In this document: positions 10,640-15,158 of the stretch, piece by piece
Layout: every line of letters begins with the position of its first letter
Position numbering within the stretch: position 1 is the stretch's first letter
Virus genome (UHGV): UHGV-1773351
Direction: 5' to 3' (one strand)
DNA length: 15,158 nt
From: a virus
Position numbers and translations under genes: made by a program
The notes under the pieces: generated by a model
The model's input: the letters and a program-made list of their open reading frames with translations, nothing else
Database searches by the model: none
What the model was told of the DNA's origin: nothing

Positions 10640-11163
10640 CGGTCAATGGGGCCATAGACTGGCTTAACCGCGCTTCTTATTTTTTCACCCTTGATCCATC
10701 GCCAGACAATATGCGGCGCGTTGGTCGTGGCCGCCGTCGCCGTGGTGTTTGTTATTGCATGGCGCTACCCGATGTTAAAGAACGTGAGGTCAGAGACGGC
10801 GTTCTGTGCTTCCGTCGTGTGGCTGAGCGCGGCACGGAGCCAAAAAATACGAATTCTCCCGAGTGGTGGGCGTGGCGCTGGTCCGCACATTTCGGCCTTT
10901 GCGAAGATGAGAATGAAATTGCCAGCGGCAATAGTGCATATGGTGCTCTGAACCTGGCTTTCCATATCGGATTCAAACATGTCGCCCTGGTGGGCGTTGA
11001 CGCTACACAAGAACCACGCGTTCACTCCGGCGGCACGCCAAAAAATCTAAGTCACCTGCCTTTGTTATTCCAGTCTGCGCGTGAACAGATTGACGTTGTT
11101 TCATGCGGGAAAATGGGAGGTATTCCGCAGATGACTCTTAAAGAATGGCTGAAGAATACATGA
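10537..11163 (+). CDS. GT42/DUF115-like putative CMP-sugar transferase, paralog B
   Basis: [21 protein letters not shown] and [24 protein letters not shown] parallel paralog A. AGGAG lies about 12 nt upstream of the ATG. Overlaps paralog A by 103 nt in another frame. Confidence 0.55.
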   Translation: MFPKNKFRGSDRVIIVGSGPSAANFVAPRGVPIIAVNGAIDWLNRASYFFTLDPSPDNMRRVGRGRRRRGVCYCMALPDVKEREVRDGVLCFRRVAERGTEPKNTNSPEWWAWRWSAHFGLCEDENEIASGNSAYGALNLAFHIGFKHVALVGVDATQEPRVHSGGTPKNLSHLPLLFQSAREQIDVVSCGKMGGIPQMTLKEWLKNT

Positions 11164-11837
11164 TGGCACCAACAATTTATCACCGTATCGACGGTACCAA
11201 ATACAGGAATATCTGGGTTGTTGGTGATCTGCATGGTTGCTACAACAGACTGATGTCCGAACTCCATCGTGTGGATTTTGACCCGGCGCAGGATTTACTG
11301 ATATCGGTCGGCGACCTTATCGATCGCGGTACTGAAAATGTCGAATGTCTGGAACTATTGCAGATGCCCTGGTTCAGGGCAGTGATGGGGAACCATGAGC
11401 GGCTGATGATTGATGCGTTAAGTCCAGATGGCAACGTGAATAACTGGCTAATGAATGGCGGACAATGGTTCTTCATGCTGGACACTGATCAGGAAATATT
11501 AGCTAGGGCGCTGGTGGAGCTGGTAAAGCGTCTGCCCTATATCATTGAGTTGAACACCGGGCAAGAAACTATCGTTATAGCCCATGCCGACTATCCGGAT
11601 AATGAATACCAATTCGGTAAGGAGGTGCCGCTTTTCAACGTTGTCTGGGCGCGCGAGCGTATCAGTGATTCGATGGATGATATTGGTGGCGAAATTTCGG
11701 GCGCAGATCGTTTTATCTTTGGTCACACTCCGGTGAAAAGCCCGAAGACATTCTGGAATCAGCATTATATCGATACTGGTGCCGTATTTTGCGGAAACCT
11801 GACATTGATGAAAGTGAAAGGTGATGGTGCAGCATGA
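11145..11837 (+). CDS. Ser/Thr protein phosphatase, lambda PPase (PPP) family
   Basis: Canonical PPP motifs GDLHGCY, GDLIDRG and GNHE, plus near-collinear similarity to lambda phosphatase ([12 protein letters not shown] ... [13 protein letters not shown]). ATG 11160 overlaps the upstream stop in an ATGA arrangement and is an equally plausible start. Confidence 0.85.
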   Translation: MAEEYMMAPTIYHRIDGTKYRNIWVVGDLHGCYNRLMSELHRVDFDPAQDLLISVGDLIDRGTENVECLELLQMPWFRAVMGNHERLMIDALSPDGNVNNWLMNGGQWFFMLDTDQEILARALVELVKRLPYIIELNTGQETIVIAHADYPDNEYQFGKEVPLFNVVWARERISDSMDDIGGEISGADRFIFGHTPVKSPKTFWNQHYIDTGAVFCGNLTLMKVKGDGAA

Positions 11838-12535
11838 AGATTGCTTTAGTTCTTCGCTCTGGTGGTGACTATAACGCTTCCGATGTGCAGTGGCTGGTTA
11901 ATCAACTGCCAAAAGGCTATGAAATTATTTGCCTGACAGACCTGAAGCGTTTACATGTACCTGGCGTCAAAGTTGTCCCATTGATCAACCAGTGGCAAAA
12001 GTGCCGTGGCTGGTGGGCGAAAATCGAGTTGTTCCGACCGGATATAACCGATGATCTGTTCTATCTGGATTTGGACACGGTTATTGCCGGTGATATACGC
12101 CCAATCCTTGAGAATCCACCAACCAGCTTCACCATGCTTAGGGATTTTTACCATCCACAATATCGTGGTAGCGGTGCCCTGTGGATACCAAATAGTGTAA
12201 AAGCGCATATCTGGAGTTCATTCTGGCAAGATCCGGAAGGTTGGATTGCTCGTTGTGTTACTACTGAATGCTGGGGTGATCAGGGGTTTTTGCGGAAGGT
12301 TATGGGTGATGATACACCAGCATTTCAGGATCTGTATCCGGGATGGTTTGTAAGTTACAAGGCCGATGTTGTGGAACCTGGTTCGAAATATGCGAGCGCG
12401 CGTTACTCCAGGGGGAATGGGGCATTACCAAAAGACTGCCGAATAATCTTTTTCCACGGCAAACCGCGACCTCGCGAAGTGTCAGAGGATTGGCTTCCCC
12501 TTATTAGCTCGTTTTTTGAGCGAGAATCAGAATAA
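11834..12535 (+). CDS. hypothetical protein, possible GT-A fold nucleotide-sugar transferase (DxD-like motif)
   Basis: ATG overlaps the phosphatase stop (ATGA). The motif [19 protein letters not shown] resembles the DxD region of GT-A transferases; this is a motif-level guess only. Confidence 0.55.
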   Translation: MKIALVLRSGGDYNASDVQWLVNQLPKGYEIICLTDLKRLHVPGVKVVPLINQWQKCRGWWAKIELFRPDITDDLFYLDLDTVIAGDIRPILENPPTSFTMLRDFYHPQYRGSGALWIPNSVKAHIWSSFWQDPEGWIARCVTTECWGDQGFLRKVMGDDTPAFQDLYPGWFVSYKADVVEPGSKYASARYSRGNGALPKDCRIIFFHGKPRPREVSEDWLPLISSFFERESE

Positions 12536-12536
12536 T

Positions 12537-12553
12537 ATTGCTCTAATAATTCC
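12537..12553 (+). promoter_or_regulatory. C1-operator-like 17-mer (ATTGCTCTAATAATTCC) overlapping a sigma70-like promoter
   Basis: 14 of 17 matches to the recalled consensus. Part of a conserved 30-bp module (ATTGCTCTAATAA-N6-ATTTTTAAAAC) repeated at 14678; within it TTGCTC and TAAAAC are spaced 17 nt apart. Confidence 0.45.
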
Positions 12554-12561
12554 ATATTTTT

Positions 12562-12591
12562 AAAACGTGATGTACACTCATCACGTTTTTT
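12562..12591 (+). terminator. rho-independent terminator after the 11834-12535 gene
   Basis: 11-bp perfect stem AAAACGTGATG/CATCACGTTTT with loop TACACT, followed by a T6 run. Confidence 0.7.
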
Positions 12592-12602
12592 ATTAGAGCA
12601 AT
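12586..12602 (-). promoter_or_regulatory. C1-operator-like 17-mer in inverted orientation (ATTGCTCTAATAAAAAA on the minus strand)
   Basis: 14 of 17 matches. Inverted partner of the 12537-12553 site, giving a roughly 66-bp palindromic unit around the terminator hairpin. Confidence 0.4.
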
Positions 12603-12616
12603 CTATAAGGTGCACT

Positions 12617-12835
12617 ATGTGGCCATTCCGACGGAAATATCACTACTGGCTGATCGCCTTTGTTACGCCGACCGGCGGTATCAGGCATGTCATCACCAGG
12701 TATCGCAACAAGAGACTCTCCTTAGCCAGAATTTTACAGGCTGCCATAGGTGAGGGACTGGATACAAATTGCGTAGTCCTTCCACCTTCATATTTAGGAA
12801 AAATGACCGAAGCACAAGCTAATACGGAACTTTGA
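12617..12835 (+). CDS. small basic hypothetical protein (72 aa), possibly coupled to the downstream gene
   Basis: GGTG 5 nt upstream of the ATG. Its stop TGA lies 1 nt before ATG 12837. Composition is not strongly protein-like, so weak. Confidence 0.3.
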   Translation: MWPFRRKYHYWLIAFVTPTGGIRHVITRYRNKRLSLARILQAAIGEGLDTNCVVLPPSYLGKMTEAQANTEL

Positions 12836-12836
12836 A

Positions 12837-14099
12837 ATGAGCACTTCAGCACAAAACCAATCAATCGAAAATGTATCTATCCCTGACGTCCTTAATGCCG
12901 GTATCCCGGCCATTATCCAGAACATCCGGGCCGCGCAACGCCGCGTTAGTTGTGATGACCTCACAGCACGTTTTTTTGATAATGCGGTTCAGTCAGCGGA
13001 GATGCTTCACGCACAGCTTATTGATGTTTATAACGCAGAAGCTGATAGCCATAACTCCCTGGTAGATGCAGCTGAAAATATGCAGTTGGATCTCGGTCTG
13101 AAGGGTAAAGAAATTGAAGAGCTTCAGCTGCAAATTGAACATTTGAAACGCCAGCAACAGGACGCGATCGACGATGCGACGCATGACGCCAACCAGCGTG
13201 CTGATAATGCCGAACGTATAAGCATTGAGCTGGAAACAAAACTCAATGAAATGACCGCGATGGTTGAACTGCAGAACTCACAGATTTCAACGCTAAAATC
13301 TCAATATAAAGAGATCATGAAACTTGATCCTTTTAACCTTGAGAAACGCTATAACAAAGCTAAAAGCGAGCGACAGGAACTGCGTAAGCAGGTCGCCGAC
13401 CTTAACCAACAGCTCAAAAAAACTATTAAAGATGCAAGCGAAGCGCGCGTGGCATTTGCTAATAAAAAAGCAGAGGTTACCGCGCTGGTTAATGAGAATG
13501 CCAAATTTACGACGCTCAAGAAGGAAATGTATGGCATTACTGAGCGCCGTTTCCCTGCAAGCAAACTTCATCCGACGTTAGGGCAAATCTCCTTCTTCCC
13601 GCGCCTCTTGGCTTATGGGATCTCATCGCCTAAAGAGTTCAATAACGAGCGTCCTTATATCGTGTCTAAGCTGGACTTTGCTTATCAGTTCTGCTGCGAC
13701 ATGGGCTATGCCATTGATATCCGAATCAACGAATGGTTGATGCCAAACTTCCAGCCGTTGGCAATTTTCCGCGAGTTCCAGCCGGAAGGTTGGGTAGAGT
13801 TCTTCCATGAATTGATCTGTAAAGAGATGGAAAGCCGCCGCCCGGAATTGGTCCGTCGAGTTGAGTGGGCGCAAGAGGTTATGTTGGCAGATGCAGAGCT
13901 GCCGTTCGAACCGGAATTCATTGATGATCTGGCAACTAAAGGGTTGCATACCCTGTTTGATGTGGTTACCCGCCGTCATGAGCAGTTGGTTGTCGAATTG
14001 GGTTTAGAGGAAACAGCGGCAAGAAGACTTCTCGATGTTTGCTATGCACGTAGCGATGCATGGGAAAAAGAGAACGGAGGCACTATTTACGTCCGCTGA
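12837..14099 (+). CDS. hypothetical protein (420 aa): N-terminal coiled-coil plus C-terminal globular domain
   Basis: Long ORF. Residues ~60-230 are heptad-like and charged (EELQLQIEHLKRQQQDAIDD ... RQELRKQVADLNQQLKK). C-terminal 190 aa is aromatic/Cys-containing with no motif I recognise. Confidence 0.7.
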   Translation: MSTSAQNQSIENVSIPDVLNAGIPAIIQNIRAAQRRVSCDDLTARFFDNAVQSAEMLHAQLIDVYNAEADSHNSLVDAAENMQLDLGLKGKEIEELQLQIEHLKRQQQDAIDDATHDANQRADNAERISIELETKLNEMTAMVELQNSQISTLKSQYKEIMKLDPFNLEKRYNKAKSERQELRKQVADLNQQLKKTIKDASEARVAFANKKAEVTALVNENAKFTTLKKEMYGITERRFPASKLHPTLGQISFFPRLLAYGISSPKEFNNERPYIVSKLDFAYQFCCDMGYAIDIRINEWLMPNFQPLAIFREFQPEGWVEFFHELICKEMESRRPELVRRVEWAQEVMLADAELPFEPEFIDDLATKGLHTLFDVVTRRHEQLVVELGLEETAARRLLDVCYARSDAWEKENGGTIYVR

Positions 14100-14118
14100 T
14101 AGTTACAGTGTCACTTTT

Positions 14119-14152
14119 AATGCTGGTGGAGTGCGCCCACCAGCATTTTTTT
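14119..14152 (+). terminator. rho-independent terminator after the 420-aa gene
   Basis: 11-bp stem AATGCTGGTGG/CCACCAGCATT with loop AGTGCGC, followed by a T7 run. Confidence 0.75.
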
Positions 14153-14171
14153 CGTCCAATGAGGAGGGCAT

Positions 14172-14678
14172 TTGAGTATTTTCAATAAACATGCACACCA
14201 GGAACGTCCGTATATCGTCATAGTCGATATTGATGGAACAATATCAAAGGCAACTGAAGACAGACTGCATTTGCTTCCGCCACCAGGTAAAGGTGCATTA
14301 ACAAAGGACTGGAACGAGTTTAATCTCGCCTGTGACACCGATACTCCCATCACTCCAGTTATTGATATGGTGCGCCAGTTATTTAACGTTTACACGGTCT
14401 GGTTTGTAACCGGGCGCTGTGAGATCGCAAGGGATAAAACACGAGCCTGGCTGCGGAAGTACGTAACAAACGGGGCTGAGCCTTTGCTATCTATGCGTCC
14501 TGCCACCGATGACAGAAATGACGGCCCAGCAAAGATTGATCTCCTTAAGAAAATTGGTCTAAGTAAAATCGCGTTCGCGCTGGAAGATAAGATTGAAGTG
14601 GCGCGTGTTTTCAGGAGGCACGGCGTGCTTACGTTAATGGTCAGGGAGTATGAAAATGCGCTTCTTCACCAACAATAA
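14172..14678 (+). CDS. HAD-superfamily phosphatase (DxDGT motif; resembles polynucleotide 3'-phosphatase / nucleotidase-type domains)
   Basis: TTG start with a strong GAGGAGG 5 nt upstream. Motif I IVIVDIDGT and motif II-like WFVTGRCE. Confidence 0.7.
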   Translation: MSIFNKHAHQERPYIVIVDIDGTISKATEDRLHLLPPPGKGALTKDWNEFNLACDTDTPITPVIDMVRQLFNVYTVWFVTGRCEIARDKTRAWLRKYVTNGAEPLLSMRPATDDRNDGPAKIDLLKKIGLSKIAFALEDKIEVARVFRRHGVLTLMVREYENALLHQQ

Positions 14679-14707
14679 TTGCTCTAATAAATCTTGATTT
14701 TTAAAAC
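14678..14707 (+). promoter_or_regulatory. C1-operator-like 17-mer (ATTGCTCTAATAAATCT) with overlapping sigma70-like promoter; second copy of the 30-bp module
   Basis: 16 of 17 matches to the recalled consensus. Same 30-bp module as at 12537 (13 + 11 identical positions, same spacing). Confidence 0.5.
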
Positions 14708-14776
14708 AGGGAAAGTGAAAATAAAAACATGCCGCAAGGCGCGGCATGTATCCAATCAATCACAGGAGCTGAAAAT

Positions 14777-14863
14777 ATGAACACGGCATTCAAAATCATT
14801 ATGGCCGCGATCTATTTCTGGCTGTTCTCTATCACTTTTGGCGGCATCGTCGCTCATGGGTAA
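14777..14863 (+). CDS. small hydrophobic peptide (28 aa, MNTAFKIIMAAIYFWLFSITFGGIVAHG), single predicted transmembrane helix
   Basis: AGGAG 8 nt upstream of the ATG. Sits downstream of the operator/promoter module and a perfect 8-bp hairpin (14728-14748). Too short for the ORF track; found by reading the sequence. Confidence 0.4.
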   Translation: MNTAFKIIMAAIYFWLFSITFGGIVAHG

Positions 14864-14942
14864 GGGGAGTATATTAGCCATTTGGAACCCCACGGTCTCT
14901 TGCGGGTTTAATTAAGAACCCGCAAGAAAAACACGAATTGGG

Positions 14943-15158
14943 CTATATTTTTCCGCCTACGCCTTTAAACTTCTCAATAAACGAGACGATTTTCTGGAAA
15001 ACTGCCTGTTTTTTCTTTTTATATTGCGGATTCAACGGACTAAGTTTTGGTAATGTTTCGTTTAATTCTGTGCCATTTTCGGTGGCATATTCGCGTTTTA
15101 AAGACGTGCGAATATAGCGTTTTGCTGCATCTTCATTGAGATTTTCTTCTTTTATCAA
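14943..15158 (-). CDS. hypothetical protein, C-terminal part only (gene starts beyond the window end)
   Basis: Minus-strand ORF open to the window edge, stop at complement of 14943-14945. The M at the edge in the ORF track is a TTG artifact. Confidence 0.4.
   Translation of the reverse strand: MIKEENLNEDAAKRYIRTSLKREYATENGTELNETLPKLSPLNPQYKKKKQAVFQKIVSFIEKFKGVGGKI

Noticed and set aside
12643-13571. Minus-strand ORFs antisense to the 72-aa ORF and the 420-aa gene
   Set aside because: Antisense to better-supported genes and lacking ribosome-binding sites.
8913-14707. Reading the TTGCTCTAATAA motifs as P1 late-promoter (Lpa) boxes instead of C1 operators
   Set aside because: My recollection is that the 17-mer ATTGCTCTAATAAATTT is the C1 operator, while late promoters use a different 9-bp inverted repeat near -22. 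I cannot reproduce the late-promoter consensus from memory, so this is not fully excluded.
15156-15158. Apparent methionine start at the window edge for the last minus-strand ORF
   Set aside because: It is a TTG that coincides with the window boundary; the gene almost certainly begins beyond the window.

Overview
The window reads as a segment of a P1-like temperate phage or phage-plasmid from an enterobacterium, not core chromosome. All calls rest on reading the sequence and on motif recall; no database search was run. Left to right: a small membrane protein and an SPFH/band-7 lipoprotein, a CAU-anticodon tRNA (tRNA-Ile2-like), a DnaB-family helicase very close to E. coli DnaB (P1 Ban-like), and a GT-B glycosyltransferase-like gene, ending at a bidirectional terminator. 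A six-gene leftward operon (8839 to 4124) follows, ending in a Mu gp45 / P2 gpV-type OB-fold spike-like protein. The rightward block (8986 to 14863) encodes a zinc-ribbon protein, a VRR-NUC nuclease, two overlapping GT42/DUF115-like paralogs, a lambda-type Ser/Thr phosphatase, a possible GT-A transferase, a coiled-coil protein, a HAD phosphatase and a 28-aa hydrophobic peptide. Five 17-mers resembling the P1 C1 repressor operator (consensus ATTGCTCTAATAAATTT, recalled from memory) sit at operon boundaries. The most promising candidate for an undescribed system is the sugar-transferase/phosphatase cluster at 10010-12535, with the leftward operon second. No CRISPR array, rRNA, IS element or integrase was seen.
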